A stretch of DNA of 64,000 nucleotides from the human T2T-CHM13v2.0 reference genome, Homo sapiens. Each line of letters starts with the position of its first letter. Within the stretch, counting starts at the first letter, position 1. Location: the NCBI RefSeq assembly GCF_009914755.1, contig NC_060942.1. One strand, given 5' to 3'. The position numbers and the translations under genes were made by a program. Positions 41,988 through 55,870 of this stretch are shown piece by piece. The notes below the pieces were generated by a model. The model was given only the letters and a program-made list of their open reading frames with translations. It had not been told where the DNA came from and did not search any database.

Positions 41988-42412
41988 TTTGTCTTCCAAG
42001 CTTGTTTCCTTGGAAGCAGATTCTGAGAAAGAGATAAATATATAGAACATGTTTAAAAAACACTTTTGAGATCAACATTTGAGGAAAAGAAAGGAAGAAA
42101 AGATTTGGCAAAACAGAAGCTTACATTCTATTCAGGCACAACGAATGCCTCGGCTGACAATGTAATGCTCCTGACAGTGTAATGCTCAGGAGATGGGATG
42201 TTCCTTCAGAGTTGTACCAGGTTGGAGCAAAGACTAGGACTTTATACATAGCATGAATCAGCCACTGTACATAGGCGAGTACTCATTTTCTATGGGGGAG
42301 CAGGCAGATAGAACAGATAAAGAATGTTTCTGACAGCAGACTTAGCACCTAAGAAAACAAGTCCTTCATTCCTCAGGAGAAATATTGGAGGTAAATCACA
42401 GTGCCCATCGCA
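41988..42412 (-). mobile_element. LTR33-like ERVL LTR (3' LTR)
   Basis: ggaagcagattctgaga...gagatcaacattt...gggatgttccttcagagttgtacc...gtccttcattcctcagga. Confidence 0.75.
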
Positions 42413-43400
42413 ATCTGCATTTTGTGTCTACAGATCCACATTCTTGCATAGGTTCTAGAAGTGGCTCCTCCGGGACTCAACTGTGTCTTTCTTCTTGAGA
42501 GATAGAGGAGAGTTACTGCATGAACCCCAGGCCCCACTGCTACAGCTGGTCTTGAAGCCACAACTAATGTTATTTGCCTACCTTTTCTACTTCTTTTTTT
42601 ACATTTCCCTCACTCTAAGCTACACTTCTGCTGGGCAGTAATGACATACTAGGGCCATGACCAACCCTCATCCCAGAGCAGAATGAGCCCATGGTCCCTT
42701 GGCCTTTCTGAGGATCGAGTTGCTGCACTTACATATTTTCTACCAAAATTGGGCAAAAGGACACCAGGAGGCACCCATATAGAGCATGCAGGTGCTAAAT
42801 ATATCTATCTTTTTCCATCCCAGTTGGGTAATAGCAAAAATACATTTTCCTGGTGCCCACAGCCAATTAGTCCTGCCAAGATGCTGCCTCTTCTTTTGCC
42901 TGCTTCTTCCTTGACATAAGGAATCCAGGCATAGGCAATGGATCACATTATGTAATTGTTTTCCCTTTGATAACAAGAACCTCTAAACCTACAGAGTGAA
43001 GAATTAGGGAACATACACAAATTCCTCAAGTAGGTCATTGGGATAATTGTAAGTAGAGACAACTGCTGCTTTCAACCTGTTCGAATACTTATAATTGCTT
43101 TGAATCAAGCAGATCACACAAGATAAAGCCCTTTGATTCAAGATGTATATTCCATCCTGGAGGACAGAGCCCCCTTCTGGTCTAATATAATCTACCCACT
43201 GGCCCATGCTGTGCCTTCTCAACAGGTCGTCCGTCATTCTTTCAGGCCAGTATCATCAAGATGGCACAATACGATCTACATTTCCACTTTCTGAATTGAT
43301 AAGTGTATTAAATGTTGTGGTCGTGAACCCTTTCTGCTATCTTCTTTATGGTAACATAGGTCCCTCTCTCTTACGTGGATCTATCTATATAGGATATTGA
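42413..43400 (-). mobile_element. ERV3-16A3-like ERVL internal region (3' part of pol and downstream)
   Basis: ggttgctgcactt-like, caaaattgggcaaaaggacaccaggaggcaccca and ccatcctggagga segments; remnant peptide LQDGIYILNQR. Confidence 0.78.
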
Positions 43401-43571
43401 TATTTTGGTTAAACGGACTATTTTTCAGTCCAGCATCACCACGTACCTAACTTGCTGAGTCAACTCAGACTCCACCACTAACAATAAAAAGGCCTAATAA
43501 GCCTCAATTGCCAAATTAAAATAATATGTTTTAGGATATGGCCAGCCTAGGCCAGCAGAATTACAGGTTAA

Positions 43572-43605
<34 letters not shown>

Positions 43606-43607
43606 TC

Positions 43608-43918
<311 letters not shown>

Positions 43919-43994
43919 TCAGCTCTGCTTTTGGGAAAAACTTAAAAAAAAAAAAATTCTACCTGAAGAAAGCAACACACAAGAAAACAAACAA

Positions 43995-44297
43995 GGCCGG
44001 GTGCAGTGGTTCAAGCCTGTAATCCCAGCACCTTGGGAGGCCAAGGCGGGCGGATCACGAGGTCAGGAGATCGAGACCATCCTGGCTAACACGGTGAAAT
44101 CCCGTCTCTACTAAAAATATAAAAAATTAGCCGGGCGTGGCGGCGGGCGCCTGTAGTCCCAGCTACTTGGGAGACTGAGGCTGGAGAATGGCAGAACCCG
44201 GGAGGCGGAGCTTGCAGTGAGCTGAGATGGCGCCACTGCACTCCAGCCTGGGCTGCAGAGTGAGACTGTCTCAAACAAACAAACAACAACAAAAAAG
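43995..44297 (+). mobile_element. AluY
   Basis: gagatcgagaccatcctggctaacacggtg, gagaatggc, gcggagcttgcagtgagc; many CpGs retained; (CAAA)n tail. Confidence 0.96.
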
Positions 44298-45943
44298 AAG
44301 ACCTCAGCTTATAGAGGCTCCCCTAAATGTTTGAATGTATTCATAAGTAAAAAGCTGATGACGCCCATTGTCTTGCTCCAAGGACAATTCTGGGAGACCT
44401 ACTGTAGTCAGAGCTAATCAGCACAATAAGCTGATTGAAAAGGTATGACTCTTGCTTCAGAAATCCTTCTGTAGATCATACATGATATATATTTTACTGA
44501 CTCTTGAGTTGTTGGCAATAGCATAGCTTACTGGCCTATTACTTGGAAGATGATAGTCAGATTAAGATATCCCTCTTTGGTGATGTGAAGTGTGGAAACA
44601 AATTATGGCTATTGATAGCATAGCCTGGGTACTCAAGCAGATGCCCATGATGAAAGCCAATTATCTAATGAGACTGAGTGGTTTCAAACTGCTGATCAAG
44701 ACTCCGCTTTTCAGATTGCCATCCTTGCTTCCTGGATCAAATACCTCACCCGACAGGACAACAAAATGTTGACTGGATCAGCATAAAAATCTTTGTGTCA
44801 GATATTTAATTCCCCACTGCATGCCATATTTGTGGCTTCTACGAAACTCTAGATTGTTATGCAGTGAAAGAGGTCACGTGGCACAGGGCATTGTTGTTGC
44901 CTGATCCCGGAAAATTGACTACATCAAACCCTTAAGCTTATCTCAGGACTATCATTCATGCCTCCCTACTGTTGATACTGTTGCTTTTATAATCCAATCA
45001 GCAGACCCAAGCTACACCATTACAACACTTCAGAATAAACCGTTTTAGGCTTTAAGATTTATAAGCCATTTACAATCTGACAAAAAGGTGCCTTTCGTCT
45101 CAAATTCCACTCAATAAAGGGCCAAAAGTAAAAGGAATTTGATGAACATTCCGTGTTTCTTATCATTCACAGACATCTGGTATTGTTGAGCAGCTCCTCG
45201 CAAATCAGTACAAAAACTCTTTTTTGTCTTGGTCTCTTTTCTGTGCAAAGATTTTAATAAAGTTAATTTGATTACTGAGGGTGGTATGCCCATAAAGATA
45301 TAATTTTCTCTTGGCCACAGTGTCGCGAATGATCAGGCACAAAGCAGATCGGGTATAGGAAGACTTATTTTAAAAATTTATTGTTATAACATGAGCATTT
45401 TTACATATAATGCCACTTTTTTCTCCTGGCAACAATCTCAAGACAGCCAGGTAAACATAACCTTCTGGAAAACAGCCCAGGGAAAAGGGGCTTGAGGGAA
45501 TAAAACTTACCTTCAGTTCATTCACCTGGTTCTCATGCTAGATTGACATCATCCTAGATTACAGACAATGAATACTTGGTAGTGTGTGCCATTTGTCAGG
45601 TTCCCCAGCAGTGTCCCACACAGGCCAAAGAGAGATTATGAATCTTTATCAATTTTTATTAGAACCTCCTTGATCCTTTTGAATCTGACTAGTTAGATGA
45701 AAGGTCTCAGTGAGAGAAGGGGACTGTTAGAGAAATAGTAGGCTTATCATTGACTGGGACAGTTTATGCCAACTGTGTGACACATGGGAAAGGAATGCAT
45801 TAAGCTCACAAGGTGAAGAGCAAACTAGGCATTGAAGGCTAAAGAATTCTACCTTCTTCCTGAGTCAAGCAGTAGCTGTAGTTGGCAATTAAACCTGCTT
45901 CTTGGATTAAAACCCCATTCACCTTCTATGAAAACTCAAACTG

Positions 45944-45985
<42 letters not shown>

Positions 45986-45998
45986 ATAATAATAATAA
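45944..45998. repeat. (CTA)n(AAT)n compound trinucleotide microsatellite
   Basis: Direct observation. Confidence 0.95.
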
Positions 45999-46748
45999 AC
46001 TTCCTGATCTATCATGCTGTGTCTGGTACCATCACCAGTCTCTCCTAAATGTGGATCTCCCTAGTATGTGTACAACATGACACAAGACCAGCTTTGTTTA
46101 AATCTACCTGATACAAATCCATATACTTTTTGCCTAAGCAGTGTAGGTTTATGCTCTATGTGGCTACTGGGCTGCAACCACAAATTGATAATTACATGGC
46201 TTACCCTAAACAATGTTTGGCAATCCAAATCCAGTTTCAATAAGAAACGCTGAGCCAACATGAGCTGTGCCCCTTCAGGTTATATGTTCTATAAAGATTG
46301 AGTGGTGCATGGGATATTTCTTCAGGGGAGACAAATGTTGCTTTTTGGGCTATTGTTCCAGAGAATTTTTGGTAGCGTCACCAAAGATTGTCAGGTCCCC
46401 CTTCCATCCATTGTAAAGGATAATAGACTTAACTTATAGTACATGGCAAAGCCTCCCTCCTCCCCACCCCCATTTTGCATTTTGGATCTATGAACAGTTT
46501 GCTGTGTCTTCATCCTTGGGGAGGGCAGCTTAGAAAACTCAACACTGTGGTTTGGCCTCATTTGGCTGGCCTCATTTGGCTCATTTTTGAGTCCTATTGA
46601 CAGTAGCCTTAATTAAATGCTATATAGAACAAATTAAATGGATTTTGTCCCAGCACCTTCTGGTCAAATTAATAAGAATACTTGATGGAATGACACACTC
46701 ATGTTAAAATTCAAGTTATTCAAAAATCTCTCAGGCTAAGGGATGGAA

Positions 46749-47199
46749 TTTTGGAAGATGCAATCAGTTATGAGACTTGAATCCTTGCATTTTCTCACTG
46801 AGAATGCCAAGACTGAAGGCCCTGACTGCTCCTTGTCCAGCCATTCCTCAGCATTTTCTTTGCAGCATATAAAGAGTGCTTGCTAATAGTCCACTATTAA
46901 AGAATTGGACTCCCTAAGCTCATAATTCCTTATGTGTGATACAAATCCACAATTTGTGTATCATTCATCTGTGCTTCTCTGCCTAGGACCCATAAAATTG
47001 GTTGGGGGTAGGATGCAGGGGGTGGAGGAATGAGGAGATGACTCAAGATGAAGCTCATAGCACTTGGTGTGTCATAAGTAGTAAAATCTTTATTTCTGAC
47101 CCAAGAGTATTGAGTCCTCTTCCAGTATTCACAAAATAGTGAGTGACAGGCTAGCCTCTAGACTATAAGCAAGAGTCTTAAATACCTTGCTTTCTAAGA
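46749..47199 (+). mobile_element. LTR40-family LTR (3' LTR of the HERVL40-like element)
   Basis: gtccactattaaagaattggactccctaagctc...agtagtaaaatctttatttctgacccaagagt...gacaggcta match LTR40. Confidence 0.75.
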
Positions 47200-47239
47200 G
47201 ATGGCATTAAAATGAGGAGAGACGTTAAGACGATTTTAG

Positions 47240-47620
47240 ATAATCACAAGTGCTCTACACCATAATAAAACAGAAATGATGACATGGAATGTAATTGGAA
47301 GGGCCATTAAGACAGTATCATAGGAAAATATTCTCTGAGTAGGTGATATTTGAGTTGAGACTTAAATTGAAGTAGAGAACGAGCCCCTCAAGCCACATTC
47401 TGCGAAAACAGCATTGGAGAAAAATGGAACAGTATGGAGAAAAGTCTTAAGGCAGGAACATGTTTGACATGTTTGCAGAATAGAAAGAAGGGCAGAGTCA
47501 CATATCAGAGTGAACAAAGAGGGGAATGAAGTTATGCAATTTTTATTTTCAAAAGAACACCTTAGTCACTATGTAGTAAATGAATTACTCTGGAGTTAGG
47601 AAGAGGCTACTTAAGAAGAC
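47240..47620 (-). mobile_element. L2 fragment
   Basis: tctctgagtaggtgatatttgagttgagactt...aaggcaggaacatgtttgacatgttt...gaatagaaagaagg. Confidence 0.75.
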
Positions 47621-48405
47621 TTGATGGAAAGAACTTGCATTTCCCTGAATAGACCAATAACAAGTTCTGAAATTGAATCAGGAATAAAAAGCTTGCCAAC
47701 CAGAAAATGCCCAGGTCCAGATGGATTCACAGTCAAATTCTACCAGATATATAACAAGGAGATAGAATCATTCCTACTGAAACTATCCAAAAAACTGAGG
47801 AGGAGGGACTCTTCCCCAACTCATTCTATGAGGCCAGCATCATTCTGATACCAAAACCTCGCAAAGTTACAACAAAAAAAAATGAAAATTTCAGGCCAAT
47901 ATCTTTGATGAATACAGATGAAAAAAATCCTCAACAAAATAGGGGTAGAAAACCGAATTCATCAGCACATCAAAAATTTAATCTACCACGGTCAAGTAGG
48001 CTTTTTCCTGGGATGCAAGATTAGTTCAACATATGCAAATCAATAAATTTGATTCAACACATAAACAGAACTGAAAACGAAAATCACAAGATTATCTCAA
48101 TAGAGGCAGAAAAGGCTTTCGATAAAATTCAGCATCCCCTCATGTTAAAAACTCTCCACAAACTAGGCACTGAAGGAACTTCAAAATAATGAGAGCCATC
48201 TATGACAAAGCCACAGCCAACATAATACTGAATGGGCAAAAGCTAGAAGCATTTCCCTTGAGAATCAGAACAAGACAAGGATGCCCACTCTCATCACACC
48301 TATTCAACTTTTACTAGAAGTCCTAGCCAGAGAAATCAGGTAAGAAAAAGAAATGAAAGGAATCCAAATAGGAAGACAGAAAGTCAAACTATTTCTGCTT
48401 GGTCA

Positions 48406-48837
<432 letters not shown>

Positions 48838-50181
48838 CTAATGATTGCCAAATCAAGAACACGATCTCATTCACAATAGCCACAAAAAATAAAATACCTA
48901 GGAATAAGCTAACCGGGGAGGTAAGAGATCTCCACAACAAGAATTACAAAACACAGCTGAAGCAAATCAGAGATGTCATGAACAAATGGGAAAACATTAC
49001 ATGCTCATGAACAGGAAGAATCAATATTGTTAAGATGGATATACTGTGCAAAGCAATTTACAGATTCGATGTTATTCCTATCAAACTATCAAGAACATTC
49101 TTGACAGAATTGGAAAAATATATTCTAAAATTCATATAGAACCAAAAAGGAGCCCCAAGAGCCAAAACAATCCTAAGCAAAAAGAGTAAAGCTGGAGGAA
49201 TCACATTACTTGAACTCAGACTATACTACAAGGCTAAAATCCAGTAACAAAACTGCATGGTACTGGTACAAAATTTTACAAATAGATCAAAGAAGCAAAA
49301 TAGAGAGCCCATAAAGAAAGCCACACACATACGAGCACCTGATCTTTGACAAAGTTGACAAGAAGAAGCAATGAAGAAAGGACTCTCTATTCAATAAATG
49401 GTGCTGGCATACCAGGCTAGTCATATGCACAAGATTGAATCTGGACCACTTCACCTCACATACAAAAACCAACTCAATATGGATTAAAGACTTAAACATG
49501 AAGCACAAAACTATAAAAATTCTTGAAGAAAACCTAGGAAATACCATTCTAGACATAGGCATCGAGAAAGATTTCATGAGGAAGACACCAAAAGCAAAAA
49601 TTGACAAGTGGGACCTAATTAAACTAAAGTGTTTCTGCACAGCAAAATAAACTACCAACAGAGTATATAGACAACTGAAAAATTGGGAGAAAAGATCTGA
49701 AAACTATTCATCTGGCAAAGGTCTTATATCCAGTGTCTATAAGGAGCTTAAACAAATTAACAAGAACAAAACAACCCTATTAGAAAGTGGGCAAAGGACA
49801 GACACTACAAAACAAGGCATATCTATGGCCAACAAATATATGAAACAAAGCTCAACATTATATTCATTAGAGAAATGCAAAGCAAAAGCAAATGAGATAT
49901 CATCTCACACCAATCAGAATGCCTATTACTAAAAAGTCAAAAAATAACATATGCTAGTGAGGCTTTGAAGAAATGAGAATGCTTACACACTACTGGTGAG
50001 AATATAAATTAGCTCAGCCACTGTGAAAAGCAGTTTGGTGATTTCTCAAAAAACTTAAAACAGAGCTACCTTTCAACCAGCAATCCCATTGCTGGGTATA
50101 TACTAATGGAATATGTTATCATTCTAGCATAATGACACGTGTGTGTATGCTCATCACAGCACTATTCAAAATAGTAAAGAC

Positions 50182-50463
50182 AACTGAGCACAGTGGCTCA
50201 CGCCTGTAATCCAAGCACTTTGGGAGGCTGAAGTGGGTGGATCATCTGAGGTCGGGAGTTCAAGACCAGCCAGACCAACATGGTAAAACCCTGTCTCTAT
50301 TAGTAAAAGCACAACACAAAAATTAGCTGGGCATAGTGGTGTGTGCCTGTTATCCCAGCTACTCTGGAGGCTGATGCAGGAGAATAGCTTGAACCCGGGA
50401 GGTGGAGGTTGCACTGCACTCCAGCCTGAGTGATGGAGTGAGACTACTTTTCAAAAAAAAAAA
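50182..50463 (+). mobile_element. AluS (Sq/Sp-like) with a right-arm deletion
   Basis: TSD tagtaaagaca; about 19 nt missing near 50413. Confidence 0.94.
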
Positions 50464-51199
50464 TTGCATTAGTAAAGACATAGAACATAGAATCAACCTA
50501 AATGCCCATCAATGGTAGACTGTATAACGAAAATATAGTACATATACACCATGGGGTACTATATAGTCATAAAAACGAATGAGCTAACATCCTTTGCAGC
50601 AACATGGATGGAGCTGGAGGCCATCATCCTAAGCAAATTAACAGGAACAGAAAACTCAGTACCACTTGCTCTCACTTACAAGTGAGAGCTAAGCACGAGT
50701 ACATACACATGAAACAAGGAAAAAATAGACACCAGGGCCTACTTAAAGGTGGAGGATAGGAGGAAGATGAGAATCAAAAAACTGTCTGTTGGGTACTATG
50801 CTTATCACCTGGGTGATGAAATATGTACACCAAACCCCCATGACATGCAACTTGTCTATAGAAACAACCTGCATATGTACTCCTGAAACTAAAATAAAAG
50901 TAAAAAAACAAAACCAAACAACAGAAAAAACACTTGGAAATAGAAATGGCATTAATATCTTTCTTCTTTTAGTTCCATTAACACTAAAATTTACAAAAGC
51001 ATTGAAATAAATTTATTAGGTCAATGTATTCAGTTTCTTGAACATGTCAAATCATACCTAGTACATTTGTGTTCCCACAAAATAAGACATAATATTGAAT
51101 ACATAATCTTTATGTGTTCCCTCAAATAAAGTGATTTATAAGTTTAAAGTAAGAAAGAAAGAACTTGTTCTGCTGTATGTTATAATTGAAACAAAAATG

Positions 51200-51420
51200 G
51201 AACAGGACACATTTTTGTGGTAGAGCTAAGAGCATTTGTCAATGAATTGAATGTGGTTTGAAGAAAGAGAAATTAATGATTAGCCCACAGTGATTGGCTT
51301 GAGTGTTTGTTTGAATATTTGTATAATTTATAAATGGAAAAGGCCAGAAGAGCAGGAAATATGGAGGACTGAGATCAAGAGGCTTTTCATTTTTAATTTG
51401 TTTGGGGCCTTGTTAGAATA
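51200..51420 (-). mobile_element. L2 fragment
   Basis: gtagagctaagagcatttgtcaatgaattgaatgtgg...ggcttgagtg...gagatcaagag. Confidence 0.6.
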
Positions 51421-53234
51421 AATATACAAAGTAATCAGTTAGCCAATATGTAATAAAAATAAAATGGAAAAAAAAGTTTTGAATGTTGATATTACTCTCT
51501 TCCTTTTCCTGCAACCATTGTGACATTTTTTACAGATCTTTTAATATTGTTTGCATCATAGCTGAATATATGTGTTTGCAATATTTATACACTATGAGGA
51601 GATATTAAGCATTTTATTCTATTTATACTGATAAAATATTGAAAATGATTTAAAAAAACAAAATATTGCACAGCTTCAGAATTTATCAAGAGGGTAACAC
51701 TAAAAATGCATTAGATACAACAGTCCATATAAGAATTAATGCAGTGGTTTACAGTAAAGTAAATGTCATAGAGCATGCTGCCTGTTCAGCCCTGCTTTCC
51801 ATTGCCTTCTGCATTAACCTTTTCCTTGATTACCCAAGGAAGTCCAACTTTTGTTTTTCTAATTTATTTAGTTACTCTTAAATATCTACGAATTTATTTC
51901 TCCAATCAAAAATCGTTCTAAACTTCATAGAAATTCCAGAGAACATTTTATTAATCAATAGCATCTTCACCTCAATTTTATAGTTAGATCATAGACTTGT
52001 GACATGTATTTTGTAAGAAGGCACTAAGAAAATGGAAAGGAAGCCAGCTATTGTAAAATACCATTTTCCCAGAGAGTATGGACAGAATTTCCACGTTATT
52101 GATTGTCTTCCTTTCAATAATCCTGTCTCATATGTATTGTTAGCTTTATTTAACTGATGGAGAAAAGCTTGCATCTCCTGACCATGGCTGATGATTTTCA
52201 TTTTGCTCTGCCTTGTTTCAAAGACTCTACTCTTTTCACTAAACCACCGTGTGTTAGCTGACTTGTATGGATAATGCACAAAAATTCCACGGTGCAGAGT
52301 ACAGACGGACATGTAAATAATCACGACAATGGAAGCCTGCCTTTGCTTTTAAATGCCATTTTACCTTACATATTTTGGGCCCCTTGGAGTCTGCTGCTTT
52401 CAAAGTATAATCACAGATAACCATTATAAAAGGGTAAGGCCATGGTGAACAAAATGTATTATTTTGCCATATGTCTACAAAATATGGAGATTGGATGCAT
52501 GTTTAGTCTCCTCTCTTATCTGGGGGTCTGTGATCCTTTGAAATCTGTAGGGAACCAGATCTGCTTTGCCATCATCATACAGTTCAGGTATATGCTGAGT
52601 AGACAAGGACACTGCTCAAGGCATTTCACAAGTTGTTTTTTCAGTGTGGAAATCATTCAGGCTCTGCGCCACCATCCTTCGTACCCTTTCGTCCTGTAAG
52701 TGGCATTTCACCAGGTATTTCTCTTCCTCCTCTGTAGTCATTGTTTTATCCAGCACTCTTCTTCTGCACTCACATATTTATTTGATGCTGAAAATGCTGC
52801 AGACCGTGGGTGACAACCTTTTTGCCACCAACACTAATAATTAAGAACAGGTGCTACACGTCCTCATTTTTGTCATGAGAAAATCTTCATACTATTTAAT
52901 ATTGCAGCACATACCTTAGCTTCTTTCACAGAACCAACCAAAAAATCTCCCAAGTACCTTAATAAAAACAGTTCTGTTGGACTGGCATATGCTTACATTA
53001 TATGCTATGCTTCAAATATTATGGTAGTTTGTCGTATGACAGATATTTTCCCTAAAATAGCATCTGCGATAGAAAATGATTAGTTTTCCCTCTTTTTAGA
53101 ATTATCTAAATAGATAATATTGGGAGCAGGTGAATAAAAATATTTAAAGCATTATGTGGCTTTGGGGTAATATATAATTGTTTGGATGCTTACATCTTGG
53201 TTGGAATATTAAGTGCTAAAGGTACTGTGGGTCC

Positions 53235-53450
53235 ACGAAATATAAATAAAAGAGCTGACTTCAGCTAATGACTCACTTTCGAGCATGGCTCTTTGACAGG
53301 TTTTATTGGTAACTGAAAAAAATGGCAAAGCAATTTTATGACTGTGCTTGGAGAAAAGAGCCCCGTCCATAACGTGAAATCAGCCAACAAAGCATTTTTG
53401 CTAGGATTACTCCAAACCCCAAAGCAATAGGCCAATGCATTTTTTAAAGT
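53235..53450. promoter_or_regulatory. Candidate enhancer (motif cluster in repeat-free DNA)
   Basis: MARE-like palindrome, TGACTCA, TGACAG next to TTTTATTGG, TTTTATGAC and AACAAAG within 140 bp; motif evidence only. Confidence 0.4.
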
Positions 53451-54653
53451 TTCCTTGTTATTTATTTATTTTTAAACTTCACTGGAAATCATCACAGTCC
53501 ACAGAAAGCAAGATACTGGTAACACAACCATAATGAATCATTTAAACAGCTTTTAAAAAAAAGAACAATAAAGGCCACATGCCAGATTATCTGCCATGCA
53601 ATAATTATACACGAAAGAAACAGTATTTTCTGATAGACGATAAGAAAATTGAGTTGTGTCTGTTTTTTTCCTAATACAGTAGAAATTGTGTGACTACAGA
53701 GTTTACTGTGTTGGGAAAAAATTATTTGGACACAGAAGAAAAACACTGGGGAAAACATGTATTTATTCTGCATGCAACTGACCATTCTGGTATTCATATT
53801 AATTTAGTATTTCTGCGCCTTGTGAATTTATGTTTTAGACTTAAAGGCAGAGCATTTATGCCTTTCTCAGAACTTAGCAGAGTATTTCAAAAAATGTCAG
53901 TACTCTTAAAATTTTACTAACTCTAATCCTTTTTCAGTATAATTTCATATTGTTTTATAGACTATGATTAAGTGAATCTATGCAACCCCACATTCATAGA
54001 ATGTTCTTGAGTGTCATTCATTGTTCTCCTGTGCATTTCTTGCCATACTTTCTCTTTTCCAATACCTTCATGATGACTTTCTCTTTCCTCAACTTATGTT
54101 TGTCCAGCCTCCATACTTCTTTCTTTCACAAAATTATCTTCCCACTTGATACAATTTACCTCAATATACCATTTTCCCTACATTTCAATCATTGTTTCCT
54201 AATTTCCTACTTTTTTCTATCACTTTTTTTATGTTATTTTCCACTGGTTTCCAAGCTTTTATTACATCTGTAGACTACAGTGTTTTTTAAAATGAAGCAT
54301 TGTTTAATGAGCAACAACAGTAAATTTAGAATAGTTCAACTGTCTCATTCTTCTTTCACGTAGGGATTAGCTTTTGCTGAATTACAATCCACTCTAAACA
54401 TCAGTGGTTTACTAGAATGTCATCTGATATTGCAGAAAAGTTTCTTGGTTAACTAAGAGCTCAGTTATCTTGGCATAGGGCGACAGCTCTTCCACACACC
54501 TTGACTCTACCTGGTCTTGGCTCCTTACTCAGGTTTGTGTTCAGGTATCAACCACAGATGCTTATTCTATCACTTTCTGCCTAGAAGCTACTTGTATGTA
54601 GTCTAAAAATATGCCAAGTATATATTTTCTTTAAAAAATAACTACATATGACA

Positions 54654-54715
54654 ATTTTCCCAAATATTTTGGTTAGTCATTTTCCCAAATAGTTTGGGTT
54701 AGTCATTTTCCCAAA
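54654..54715. repeat. Short tandem repeat, 25-26 bp unit, about 2.4 copies
   Basis: attttcccaaata(t/g)ttt(g)ggttagtc twice, then attttcccaaa. Confidence 0.9.
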
Positions 54716-54789
54716 CATTTATAAAAATTTCATACTCATTATCCAGCCTTTTATTTGGTTTCTCACGTCTAGCCACACTGCTCCAAAAT

Positions 54790-55180
54790 AAATGCTCCTG
54801 ATAAATATAGGTTTCCGCTACAGCAGCAACCCACTTCCAGGTATTAATTTCTGTATTAGTTAGCTTTTTTTGTGTAACAAACTATTTCAAAATTCTGTAG
54901 CTTTAGACACATACTTTATTCCACATTCAATTTTGGGTTGACTGGGCCAGGTAATCTAGGCTGAGACTAATTTGGAGGTTCTTCAAGCTATGAACCTGTC
55001 TAGGTTTGGCTCTTATCTGAGTTTAGGCTCAAGTCTACCCCAAATATGCTTAATCTGGGGATCACACTGGGTTAGTGTGTAGCATCTCAGTGGACATTTA
55101 AAAAAGACAAAGGCATCAAAAGGCAAGCAGAAATACACAAGAGTTCTTAAAGTCTAGCATCTTAACTAGCTCCCTTTCAC
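54790..55180 (-). mobile_element. Old MLT1 LTR with the start of its internal region
   Basis: acagcagcaacccacttccaggtattaatttc joined to tgtattagttagct...tgtgtaacaaac; LTR begins at 54852. Confidence 0.7.
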
Positions 55181-55184
55181 CATA

Positions 55185-55477
55185 AACTATAGGTGACCAC
55201 CAGACTCTTAGGTCGACTTGTGCTAAGGGACCTGCAGGCAGGTAGGTTATCATCTTGGTAGGGTTAACAGATAATGATCATTAATTAAAAGCAGACCTGT
55301 TACTACAGACTGAAGGCAGAAATAACTACGTTTGGTACCATTTTGGACCGCTTGGATGTTCTTGATACTCTATAGTTCAAATTTAATGATAGAAGACAAG
55401 TGCAGTAAACCTGGCCTGAGAACGGTCTGACATGAAGTTCAGGGTCACATTACCAGTTAAGTCACTGACACCAGCAG
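55185..55477 (+). mobile_element. ERV3-16A3-like ERVL internal fragment
   Basis: gacaagtgcagtaaacctggcctgagaa...gggtcacattaccagttaagtcac...ccagcagag; same consensus region as ~42600-42930 but on the opposite strand. Confidence 0.65.

Positions 55478-55870
<393 letters not shown>

Noticed and set aside
42154-42187. 17-bp tandem duplication in LTR33 (also 14-bp at 46553-46580 and ~18-bp near 33347-33392)
   Set aside because: Ordinary slippage duplications in neutral repeats
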